NCBI GenBank assembly: GCA_015680685.1
Contig: MNCI01001396.1
Location: 1-64,000, forward strand
DNA length: 64,000 nucleotides
Direction: 5' to 3'
Source: Gnetum montanum
Lineage: Eukaryota > Plantae > Gnetophyta
The translations under genes were made by a program, and so were the position numbers. Positions 24,060-36,450 of the stretch are shown here, in pieces. Positions within the stretch are counted from its first letter, which is position 1. Each line of letters begins with the position of its first letter. The notes under the pieces were generated by a model that did no database searches, had not been told where the DNA came from, and saw nothing but the letters and a program-made list of their open reading frames with translations.

Positions 24060-24622
24060 CTAGTTTATTTTTATGATTCCAATGTTAGAGGCCTTTGTTA
24101 TATCTTATAGTGAGGCTAAGTCCTATGAATAGTGTGCCTAATGCAACTAGATTCTTTTATTAATAGTTCTCCTTATTCCATAGCAAGAGGTATCTGTTCC
24201 ATGACATGAGACCTCTAAAAGCTAATTGACTTATTCTACTAGTGTGAGAGATTATTCTATTAAGATGTTGTAACTATTATTAACCATATTATTTAGAGAA
24301 CTTATTAATATGCTTTTCTAGGTGATACTTCCATGTCCTAAACTAATGTAGTTTGATTGTAGATTTTCCTTTAAGGATCTTATATTTTGGTACTAGTATG
24401 TTATAGTTTTGAGTAATGGTTGATCCTAAAAAAGTTTCAAGTTGTTCTTTACATTGAAAAAAATAGTTAGAGTAGACGTGTTCCTTGTGTCCATTTTTCT
24501 AATTAGTAGAGTATTGAGATAATATTCGTGGTAGGATTCCAAATGTTAATTTCTTTGCCAGTCATTTTTCTAATGTGATCCTTAAGTTTTAATACTTGTG
24601 TGCTTCTTCTCCTTTTAAATGG
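24060..24622 (+). mobile_element. Possible old L1 ORF2 endonuclease remnant (may continue at 46245-47800 and after 63420)
   Basis: AATGTTAGAGGCCTT = NVRGL (~24081); possible QET-like (~24204) and SDH-like (~46462) remnants; YR.LS and LD..-like RT remnants near 47504 and 47783. Weak and frameshifted. Confidence 0.35.
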
Positions 24623-24627
24623 ATGTG

Positions 24628-25531
24628 TGATGAGCGGTTGGGTATTCCAACACTCTAACATACAAGCCACAAGTGTACATCTGCAACCTAATCATAATTC
24701 ATGAATGGTAAATGTAGCTTCACAAGTAGTTGTGGTTTAGTTCGTGATCGATGTCTTCTCACTTTGAGTGAGTGAAGTGCAAGTTGTATGGTTTAACTCT
24801 CAATGAGGCATATGATATATTGATGTTGTTGGCTCATACTAAGGCTAAGTGTAAACATAAGTAAAATAAATTAATAGAATATAAGTTTAAGTGTAATTTA
24901 AGGAAACCATTCTAACCTATAGATAATAAGTATCTGTTTATGGTTTATCGTTCACATCTTGGGTTTATGTAACCATCATTAGGGCTACCAAGTGTTATGC
25001 TACTAGGAGAACTAAGCAATATCACTAATAAGATTAGTAAATGATTACACTTATACGTTTGAAACTAGTTGTACTTATATTTCCATACTAAGGAACAATG
25101 GAAAAGTAAAGTACTTAGAAATTGTAAATGATTTAATCAAAGTACACATATTAAAACATGAAAAATTAATGAAGTAAGAAAATGAACTAAGTAAAAGTAA
25201 AGAAACTAAGCAGAATGTTGCAATGGTGAAAACCAATCTTGATATTTATTTCTGGCCATAAACTATATCTAAGAATAATTCAATTAAATAAAGATTCCAT
25301 GTAATTGAGTAACTCCACATTGTAAGCATTCACTATATCACTAAGCATAATCAAGAAAAGAAACTGCAAGAGTTTACCTAAGTGTTGGACCAAAGTTCTT
25401 CGTTTGACATGACAGTGGGTTAGTATTTATAATGAAAACTAGGACCCACTACATCATATCTAGGATGACATAAGTAGAGCTATGATATCGTAGATATGAT
25501 ATTGCATTGTAAACATAAACTAATTTTATCA
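24628..25531 (-). repeat. 3' LTR of D
   Basis: TGATGAG...TTATCA on the plus strand; aligns to 45380-46239. Confidence 0.9.
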
Positions 25532-25781
25532 TACCTCCACTACTGATTGGAAACTCGCCCTTGAGCTAAAACAAAAGGAGAATAGAGTTCCTTACAAAAT
25601 TTTTGGGGTTGTATATAGACTTGAATACTATGACTTATTTACATGACTAACTCTACTACAAATGCTGGATTGTGGTTCAAGTGATGTTTACAAAATTGTC
25701 ATGCATTGCATGATGGACACACATGATAACAAAATAAGATAAAATAAAACAAAAAAAAAAACGTTAGAATTCGATGTAGCC

Positions 25782-28547
25782 TTATGTCCCTAGTGATGGT
25801 GGCTCCTCTGTTGCTTTCTTTTCTTTATAATAGAGTTTCTAAAATTGATAGTGGCTAAGTAATTTTCAAAGTTTTTATTAGTTTGATATGGGATCATGTA
25901 TTATCTAAGTGAAGTTAGCTATGTTTGCTGGAGTTAGTACTTTCCATGGAGAAGGTACTTATGAAAACATCTTATTTGCTTTCACATACCAAGCCAAGAA
26001 CTACTGTCATTCTTTCTTAAATGCTCTAGCCACTTTTCTTAAATCTTGGTATTCTATCATTCTATGGGCCATATTTGTTATTACATCCTTTTGATCTTGG
26101 TAGTTGGCCTTAACTACTTGAAGTTCAAAGTTTGCAATGTGAGAGTTTTGTTGGGCATCCTTCCTATTTGCAAACTCTTTCTCATATCATGCATAGACTA
26201 TGATCACTTATTGCTCCAACTCATTGCTAGGTCTACCTACTATGAGCATGGCTTGATTAGCATATCGATGATTTGATAATCCCATGTATTCTGTGAGATC
26301 TATATCTGCAGGTCTTTATTCTTCACTTCAACTTGAAGGACATGGGTAAAATCATCCAAGATTGGATGTTAATCATGTATCTACGTGGTGATGGTGTTGA
26401 TTTGGCTTTGGCCATCTAGATTTATTTTTTGTTGATCTAGTTATGCATGCCCACTTGGTCTCTAAAATGTTCTTTTAGCCTTTATTCTTTTTGGCCTCTT
26501 TTTTCCACGTGCTAATCTCAATAACTAACTTCTGGTGAATTGTGTAGACTTCTTCCATTGATAGGGTTTTATTTTTCTTGGCCAATTTCTACATGTCCTA
26601 GTTAACTCTTGAAAATTAGTCTCTAAGTTGATAAATGCTTTCTTCAAGGACATTCTTCTATTTTTTCATATAAGTCAACCTTATGTTCTTTGTAGAAATT
26701 TTCTTATTTTCTTCTTCTAAGGAAGTTAGGGGTTTGGCATGTGCATAAGTTTTTGCTTTAACCATTGAAGCATTCCATGTTTCTTTCTTCTTGTCCATCT
26801 CCACTTGAATATTTTTGGCTATTAGCTAGACTAGTTGTTCAATTTTGAATTTTTCTAATTGGTCTGGTGCTATGTATTGTGAAAGGCCTTGTTTCTCTAC
26901 CCTTAATGTTGCTAATTTGGCTTGCACCCTTTGCACCTCATTCTTTGCATGTTGGACTCTAGTTTCTACCATTACTAGTTTGTTGTTTGTTGAAATAATT
27001 TTTGATTGTACTATAGTGATATCACTAAGGATATCAAAAAGATTCTACATTACTTTCTTTGTTTGTAGTAGTCGATCTAAGATATCTTCGTGTTCTTGTA
27101 AGGCCATGGAGGTTCCAACTATGGTTTCAACATCTTTGGCTCTAGTCATATTTGCTAGTGGTACAACGGGTACATTAAAGGACTCCTTGATATGATCAGT
27201 GATAACTTCAATTGCTCCTACTACATCTTAGTGTTACATTATCACAACTATGGCTTCTTCTCCTATCTCTAGCATAACTTGGAAGGATGCAGTGTTCCCT
27301 GATATTTTCTATGCCTAGTCATCATCTTCTCTTGCCTATAATGATATTTGATCACTAATGTGTCTTGTTGATACTAGAGGCCTTACAAGATTTTTCCTAA
27401 CTTGGTACATACTTGAGACTTCTCTATTTCCCTAGCTAATGAGCTCTAAAATCTACTATAAATGGCTCATAGAAGATCTATAGTCCTATTGTGCTGGTGG
27501 AGCACTTAATCTAGGTCTATCACTAGCTGACCTTGATTCACTAGGTCCTACTTGCTCCTATTCCATAGCTAGGATGTTTTCTACTAGTGTGGATGGTATA
27601 GCTCCCTCAATTCCCACTGTCTTTTCTAGTTGAGCTTTCTTAGAAGGCATTGTCTTTGACATCTCAATGTAGGATGCATTCTAGGCCTTGCATAGCATGT
27701 TATTTGTATATCCTAGAAATCTTGCTTGCTTGCATAATCTTCTTATGAGATAAGGGAATGACAAAGTGAGTTTTCATGCCTTGTTCTCTTCAAACCTTCT
27801 TTGAATTTCTAGAAATAGTAAATGAGCCATTTTCCTAGAATTTCCCTATGAGAATGGTGCTTCCTCTTGTAGCATAGATGGAAATCTTATTTAATCTCTT
27901 AGTAGGAAAAATATGATAAGTCTTAATCTTAAAATATATCTTTTCTTTAGCAGACAATTCACTATATTCTTTATCTGCTTTACCATAAATCCTTTGTATC
28001 CACAACTTCTTTGCATCTATGTTGGATCTTATGGAGATTTGTGCAATATTTGCTCTGACATTTGGAAGACTCGGTATCTTTGTGATTACTTTCACTAAAT
28101 AAGGCATTGCGATTCCTTGAATTTTTATAGTAGCATCATCTTGCTTATTTTTTCAAAATTGTTAGACTTCCCCTAAGTATCATTTATCATTTCATGACAA
28201 AGTTAGCCAAAGAGGAGAGGCTTGGAGTTGCTCTCAAACATTGGTAGGTGCAAGCTCCATAAACTACTCAAATTTGAGTTACACAATGATGTGGATATGA
28301 TTAACTTCTCTTGAATAGCTTGGAGACATTTTCTTGACAATGTGAGGTGCTATCCTTGATCTTGAGTTGGTAGTACTTTAGCCTTAACTTATGTAGAATT
28401 TTCTTTTGTAGGTGTTTGTTGAAGGATGATAAAGAACTGAGCCTCTTGCTTAGCTTGTGGAGTCTATTCTCCAACTTGTCCCCTTCCTCTGGGTCTTGTA
28501 TCCCTTTGTTGTAAGTGTCCTTCGATTGTGGGTCTTTTAGGAGCCAT
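25782..28547 (-). pseudogene. ORF2 of D
   Basis: TTGCAG|ATG GCT CCT AAA AGA (MAPKR) at 28547; KKLWIQRIYGKADKEYSELSAKEKIYFKIKTYHIFPTK; LSFPYLIRRLCKQA; ends EEPPSLGT*. Confidence 0.85.
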
Positions 28548-30859
28548 CTGCAACCATAAAGGATTTGTTTGAGATTATCCAAGGTTTTCAAATAAGTTTC
28601 TAGTGGTTCATAATCCTTTTTCAAGTTCTTGGATTTGATCAACATTTGTCCTTATTACAACTTTTTAGCTCTTATTAGGATTGTAGAGTTAGAAAAATTT
28701 CAAAAAGAAACCCTTATTTGTTGTATGTTTTAATTGTTATGGCATCTCATAATTGTTATTATCTTTCTTATTGTGTATTTGAATGGGTAATTAGGAAGGA
28801 TGATTAAGTTTATTAGATCTTATTTAATTATTTGATTAAGATTTGATTGATTGTTATTATTCTTACCCTTAATGTACTCTTCTAGTGTTAGAAAAATCTT
28901 GCTCAAATTGCACAACCTATGCATAGCACTCTCCCCCATGACTAAGTTGATCACTACATGATTGAGAGGATTTAAGAATAATGTAAATCAGAGCTATGGT
29001 GAGGAAGTTATGAAGCATGGAAGTTTGGTTGCTAGAGATTTAGAAAAATGGCATGAACTCCCTATGCATCAAATGAGAAGAATGAAAAATTTTTAACTCA
29101 TGCTTATATATAGATTTTTGCAATAGTGACATTATATATACGACATTGTAGTTGCATCATATTAGAGCTAAATACATCATAGCTACAACATCACTGTCAA
29201 AAAAATTTTAGATTTTGAGCAAATTCAAATAGGAAAATTGAGTGAAATGAATAGTATGGAAGATGTAGAAGTGGTTTAAGGGATTCTTAAGTATGGATGA
29301 TGCTTAGAATATGAGAATTTATCATTAAACGTGTACAAAAGGAGGAATCTTAGGTAAAGTAAGTTGATTAGGCTTATTGGAGTTGGTTTGTAGGAATTGC
29401 CAAAGGTATGATCAACTTATGAGTTTGTAGGAAAGTAAGAATGATGGTTTAAGTGTTTTAGATGCATAAGATGATGTGGAATTGGTCATTAGGTGTGAAG
29501 CAAAAGAGTTATATAAGTGGGTCCTCTCCAAAGCAGCCTCTAGCCCTTAGTGCCCTTATATAACCATACCTATAAGTGTCCATATTCACTCAAGGAGTTA
29601 AATGTTAAACATATATGTCTTCCAAAAGACACATGTTAGCATTGCCTTACTGGGAAACTAACACTATATCATACAAAACCATTAACGTATGATTATATAT
29701 AATGATAATATGGAATGGAAGTAGCATGTGATTGCAAAAATTGGGATGTGAGGTATCTTACCATAGGCATAATGAATTTTTGTGTGTAATGTTTGGTTAA
29801 AGTAATCATTAGCCTTTCCATCCAAGATCTAAACCAAGTCCATACCACTTACCAGTGACATCACATTGTATCATCTTTAATACTAATAACTACAAGACTA
29901 CCACATTGTAAAGAGTATTAACACTTGGAAATGAAGTTTAAAAAAGTAGTTTATTAACAACACATTTTATTTTTTAAAGAAGACTTGGCCATTAGATAGA
30001 GGAGTGCCTTCAAGCATGGATGACATGTATTTCTAGCCCTATAACAAATTGCCAGTCTAAGAAACCTTGAAATTTTTAAGAATTCACTTAGCTTTAGGCA
30101 TGAATAACATGTCTTTCCAATGGAACCCCAAATTGTTTTTATTTTGTACCTTTATTATGTTATTACTATGTTAACCTTACCAAAGGACTACCTTCAGGCA
30201 TGGGCAACATATCTTTCTAATGACATGATGAGGGAACACTTATTTTATACATACCTCCATTTTTCATTAGAATTTAAGTAAATAATAAAAATTAATTGTA
30301 GGATAAGACTTATAGTATTAGCCTTAGAGAATCCACAAATACCATTGATGTCACACCCTTTTCATTCTCTCTTGGTTCTTTGCTTTTCTATCCAGGCATA
30401 TTGATCACAAATTTATTTTAGTTTTATTGTGAAAAGAATATCATTATGTTCATGGTAAGAACCTCTTATTATTGGAAATGAGTGGATGGATGATGTGGTC
30501 TCACTATATATACACTTAGTCCTCCAATAATTTGATAATATAGGGTCAAATTCACATTATTAGGACTACATCTTATCTTATTCCTTGCATTTTATTAGAA
30601 AAATCAATAAAAATATGTACAAAAAAGATGATGAAAAATTTTAGAAAAATGATAAGAATAGAAAAAATGATAAGAATGGAAAAATGTAGAAAGAATTTAA
30701 AAGGTATTAAAGAATAGAAAATGATTAAGAAATGGAAAAAATAGAAAAGAATGTGAAAATTCGTAAGAAAAGTAAAAAAGTAAAAAGGTAAAAAGTAGAA
30801 AAAATATCAAAAGAAAAACTCATGCCTAAGTGTCAAATTTGACACCCCCATGACTATTA

Positions 30860-32000
30860 TGAGAAGTGGATATTTGGAAGATGGAATGAGTGGTAAACTA
30901 CTTGGTAGATAGGATAGAGTCCTTAAAAGAGCAAGGAAAGTCATAGTATGGCTTGACTTATTAAATATTGATAATAATTCACTTCTGTGAGGTTGTTGGA
31001 TGATAGATTTACATGACACTGGATTGGTACATAGCAGGGATGATGTAGGGTCCTTCCCATAAGGTTTGGAACTTAGCCTTTTGTGAGACATGGATGGGAT
31101 TATACTAGAGGAGTTTATTGCCTAGTTTGATTGACACTTGTCTTATTCTAACATCATGCCTACATTTAGAGTACTTTTTGTGAATTTCATTACCCATTTG
31201 GGCTATTAATCAATTTTGGCCTAGAATATTGAGATTCATGAGGCATTCTTTTTGAGCTAAGCTTAAATCAAGGTTAGGTATACTAGCGGTGGAAAGGGTA
31301 TTAAGTTTTGCTAGGATCAATAATATGGATAGTTTACTGTAAACTAACTCATATGGGGAATATCCTATAGAAAGTTTCCAAGTAGATTTATACACCCATA
31401 GAAAATCGTTAAGTTTTATGCTCTAATCCTTCCTATAATAACTAACTATTCTAATTAATATTCTTGTAATCTCCCAGTTAGTCAATTCTGCTTGACCATT
31501 GGCTTGGGGATGGTATGGTGTACTTAGTTTATAATTCATCCCAAGTTGTTGCATTAGATTTTTGAATGTAGCTTCCATAAAATGAGTTTTGTTGTTAGAT
31601 ATAAACATGCCTGGTACTCCAAATATCTTCACCACATGTTGTTAAAAGACTTTAGTAGCTGTTTTGTCTATGTAATAATCAATTGTTACTATAATGTAAG
31701 ACTTTCCATGTGACATTAATATGATAGGTCCTATGAAGTTAATTCCCCAAATGTCGAAAGGTTTTAATGGTTGCATCCATTATTAAGGTTTCTCATTTCT
31801 GGTTTTCAATCCTTCATCTCTTTGATATCTTTCACAAGGCTGTGAAAACCAATGTTTGCATCCCTAAATATGGTAGGCCAAAACTAAACTACCATCATCA
31901 ATTTTAGTATTGTCCTTTGTCTTGCATAGTGATCACCACATGGTCCTTCATGTGCATCTTGTAGGACTCTTTATTGGCTCTCTTTTGGAAGACACGATCT
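30860..32000 (-). pseudogene. pol: Integrase region of D
   Basis: DAHEGPCGDHYA; FGVPGMFISNN; TPYHPQANGQAELTNWEI; YKSTWKLSIGYSPYELVY. Confidence 0.9.
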
Positions 32001-32494
32001 TATGGATAACTTTTCCATGTATGGGTTAGATTTTAAACAAGCCTTGGACCGTTTAGAGCAAGTACTAAAAAGATGTGTAGAAACTAATCTAAAGCTCAAC
32101 TAGTAAAAAAGCAACATAATGGTTCAAGATGGAATAGTTTTCAGGCACAAAGTATTTCACAAAGAAATTAAGGTAGATCCAAAGAAGATTAGAGTCATCC
32201 AAAACATTACTCAGAGGTCATAGACTGTCAAAGATGTCATATCATTTTTGGGCCATACAAGATACAACAAAAGATTCATTGAAAACTTTTCAAAGATTAC
32301 ATAATTACTGGTAGAACTAACTAAGACAGATGCATCATTTCTATGGATAAAGCAATGTGAGAAAGAATTTGAAACCTTAAAACAAAAATTAATGGAGACA
32401 CCAATCCTTCAAACTTTATATTGATCAAAGCCTTTTCACATTATGAAAAATGCTTCAAACTACGCATTGGAAGCAATATTAACTTAATTGGATT
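32001..32494 (+). pseudogene. pol: Inverted RT C-terminal/RNase H N-terminal segment of D pol
   Basis: Plus strand reads MDNFSMYGLDFKQALDRLEQVLKRCVETNLKLN...FLGHTRYN.RFIENFSKI...PFHIMKNASNYALEAILT, while flanking pol is on the minus strand. Confidence 0.9.
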
Positions 32495-32602
32495 AGCTCC
32501 TTTTCTGTTATGATGTAGTTAAGTTAAGTTTAGGATTCAACCTTCTCTAAGGTTGATGGTGTGGTTTGATAGATGGATCTATATAGATTCGATGTTAGTA
32601 GA

Positions 32603-33468
32603 TGATGAGTGACTAAGTACCCCTACACTCAACCATACGAATACGAGTGTGCATGCACAATCTGGTTGAACTCCGCAGATGGACTAGTTGTGGTATCTAG
32701 ATAATTACACGTTGATCGTAGTTCACTGGCTTCCCACCTGGACTAGTATTTGCTTTGTCACGTATGGTTTAGTCCAGAGTGAGGTGAATGATGGGATCCT
32801 AAACTAATGCTACTCCTAGAGACGATGGGGAATAATCTTAATTAAGCTAATGGACAATATAGAATGAAATCTATGCTAACCCTAAGTGTGATAAGCATCC
32901 ATCTTTAATCATCCATATGCATCTTGGACCTCGTGTACTACTTTTTGGATTACCAAAAAAACATTACTTGAGCACTCCTAGATACGCTACTAGGTTACCA
33001 AGTAGTTACACTTAAATGTTCGTGATTAAGTTGCACTCATTCCGCATTAATCAATAGGAAGTGTAAATGACAATGAAGGAAATATGAACTAAAAGGACAA
33101 TGATAAATAATTAACAATTAAAGTAATTAAAAGCTAAGTGAATAATATAATGATGAAGTAATCTCGATCTTTATTGTTGATCGTGTGCATGTCCAAGTAC
33201 GTCACACTCGAACAAAGGTTCCGTATAATTACAATCATCACACTATGGGCATGCACTGGGGAAAGAAGTGAAACTAATTGAAAACTGACAAAAAGACTCT
33301 ACCTTAAGACTTACCAACTACTCCCCCTTCTTGTGCACCTGAATGTTGTATTTATTGGTCTACACAAGAATCATGATATCGTGTATTCGATATCGTTATC
33401 CAGGCTACGCTATCGTGTACTTGATATCGAGGATCCGATATCGAGGCCTGGCAAACCACGATTCATTA
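32603..33468 (-). repeat. 3' LTR of C
   Basis: Closely matches 40848-41682 apart from a 31-bp indel. Confidence 0.93.
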
Positions 33469-33654
33469 TACCCCCATGACTGAATAACAACTCGTCCTTA
33501 AGTTAGATAAAATGAGAATGAGTTCAATTGATTACATAGTATATAGGTATGAGATTATTAACTAACTAGGAATTACTTATGCTACAGCGTGGGATTGAAC
33601 AAAACAAAATTGGGACACAGTCATAGAATTACAAAAGGCAAAATTTGTTGGAAC

Positions 33655-36450
33655 TCATGTGGTTCCTGGCGGTGGTGGCTCCTCCATGGGTCTCTTCCCC
33701 TTATCTTGTGCTCTAGGCTTTGGAAATGGATGTCTTTGAATGAGCACTTGGAGCTTTTCTTCTTTGAATGGATCCTATGCCATCCATGCTGATGCTCCAA
33801 TGTTTGACAAAGTCAACACCTCCCATGGGTATGATAGTTATGGGAACATCTGATTGGCTTTGACATACCAAGCCATAAACAACCATCATTCCTCTTTATA
33901 GGCTCTGGCTTTGTCCTTGCATTCTTGGTAGTCCATGAGCCATCGATCCAAATCTACCGTGACATCTTTCTATCCTTGGTAGTTGATCTTGACCACCTCT
34001 AATTTAAAATTTGCTACTTCTAATCTTTGCAATGTCTTCTTGTGTTCAATAAATTTTGTTTCATATTTAGTGTAGGTGGTTGCTACCTGCTTCTCCAATT
34101 CTATTCTCAAGTGTCTTGTTATCAACATGGAGAAGTTGGCATACCACAGGTTTTCCAACTCTATGTACTCTATGAGATCTTGTATCTACAGGTCCCGACT
34201 TTGCAATTCTGCTTGGTGGATGAAGGCATAAGTATCCAATATGGCTTGCCAATTAGCATTTTGAGCACTAAGAGTGTTAATATGGGCTTTGGCCATATGG
34301 ATTTCTTTTTTAATCACCTATTTGTACATCCCTACTTGATCTCTGAAATGCTCCTTGAGCTTCTCATGTCGCTTGGCCTCATTTTGCCACACACTTATTT
34401 CAATTGCCATCTTTTGGTGGATCGTGTGTACCTCCTCCATTGAGAGGGCTCTGTTCTCTCTGGCCAAGCGATTCATATCTTGGTTGACCTTTATTAATTA
34501 TTCTTGAAATTGCTAAAAATTTTCCTTGAGAACATTCTTTTATTTTTCTACTATGATCAACTGGAGATTTTTAGTGACGAGGTATTTATTTTCTTTTTAT
34601 GAGGCCTTGAGTGCTTTGGCATGTGCATACATTTGAGCTTATTCCTTGGAAGCATCCTAATCAGCCTTCTCTTTTTCCTTTGCCACCTTTTTATTCTCTT
34701 CTAATAATTTAGTTAGCTACTCTATCCGAAAGGATTCTAGCTGGTTTGCAGGGATGAATTCGAACAAATCCTGCTGTGCAGCTTGTAGGGTGATGAGCTT
34801 TTCTGGGAGTTTTTTTAACTCCTCCTCTGCATGTTCAGCCCTGAACTCTACCATGATTAGCTTTTCTTTTGTAGAGATGAGGTCTAACTATGTTGCTATG
34901 ACATCTTGAGGGATGTCAAACAAGGACGTCATTACTTGTCCTGTTTGTAGGAACCAATCTAGAACATCCTCATGATCTATAGGAGTCATTGAGGGACTGA
35001 CCAATGTTTAAGCATCGCGTGCTCCTATAAAATCTACTAGTGGCACAACAAGGACATTAAATGATTCTTTGATGTGGTTTGTGACCACTTCTGCTACTCC
35101 TGTTGCATCTTGGTGTCGCATGACCACTACTGTGGTGCCTTCACTAGTTTCTAATTGCACTTGAAAAGATGTAGCATTTCTAGAGATCTGTTGTGACTAG
35201 TGTGATTCCCCTCCTTCTGTTTGAATGGACACCTCATCCCATGCGTAATCAATTGAGACTATGGATCATATGGCATCATCAATGACCCTGAAGAGATTTG
35301 CTTCATCACAGCTTCCCTAACTGATCGATTTAGCAATGGCCCTGAGATGGCTCATCAACGGTCAATAGTCCTACGATGGTGGTGGCAGTTGGTCTTGCTA
35401 GCCTGTAGGTTGTGTGCTAGGCCCCACTTCCTATTGTTGATTGGGCCTTGTGTCTAGAAGTTGGCTAGGCCCAACAGTTTTAGGTGCAGTGGGCCCTACC
35501 ATCTGTTCTTGCTCAGGCTTCGGTGTCTCATCAGCATTTTTTCTTAGGGTTGGTGGCTTCAGTAATTTAACAAATGAGGCATTTTGAGCCTTTCTAGAGA
35601 TGTCATTGGTGTACCCCAGAATTCCAGCACGTTGGCATAGCTTCCTAATTAGGCAGGGAAAAGGCAATGCGAACTTCCCTATCTTACATTCTTCAAACCG
35701 CCTTAAAATTTCTGTGAGATATAGATGAGGTAGGTTGGCATCAACCTTGGCCATCAAGATGGCACTTTCTCTAGCCACATAGGTGGAAATTCTATTCAAT
35801 CCTTTTGTTAAGAAAATGTGATATGTGCCAATTTTGAAGTAGATCCTCTCTTCAAGTGTGAGCTCTCCATATGCTTTATCCTCCTTACCATACATCCTTT
35901 TAACCATATCTTGCATGCATTTGCATTAGAGCAAGTGAATAGGAGCAACCTTGGGCCTTGTATTTAGAAGATTCAGCACTTTTGAAATGGCCTTGGCAGA
36001 GAAATCAATAGAAATCCCATCAATATCAATGGTGGTGCCTTCTTCCTTGTTGTGCCAAAATTGGTATGTCTCCCCCATGTACCAATCACCACTCCCAAAG
36101 AGAATAGGCCACAGTGGAGACCCTTTAAGTTGGTCTTTGACTACCTTAGGGGCAAATTTAGTGAAAGGTCCAAAATTGAGGTCCACAATCATAGCTACTG
36201 ACGTGGACCTTTCACGAATTTCTTGAACACATTTCGGAGACAGCGTGAGATGTTGTCCTTGTTGTTGTGCCCTAGTGTTTCCACCTTTGGGATGCCCTGA
36301 TTACGTAGTGACAAGAGGTTCCTGATGAATGCTGAATGATTGTGTCTCCTACTCTACATATTCTTTGAGAGGCACTTGGCCTTTTCCTCTCCCTGGCCAT
36401 TTGGATGCACCCTGAGAGGATCCTCCTTGTTGTCTTCTTTTAGGGATCAT
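33655..36450 (-). pseudogene. ORF2 of C (best preserved copy)
   Basis: MIPKRRQQGGSSQG start; ORF fragments 35926-36192 and 35431-35916 with WYMGETYQFWHNKEEG and LPFPCLIRKLCQRAGI; coiled-coil fragment 33970-34158; ends DKGKRPMEEPPPPGTT*. Confidence 0.88.

Noticed and set aside
26845-27195. Antisense ORFs over ORF2 (also 5484-5768, 34027-34443, 35951-36226, 52102-52431)
   Set aside because: Shadow frames of coding sequence; starts and extents are not shared among copies
28301-28645. ORF MLIKSKNLKK... as the ORF2 start of D
   Set aside because: Wrong frame; the homologous MAPKR start is at 28547
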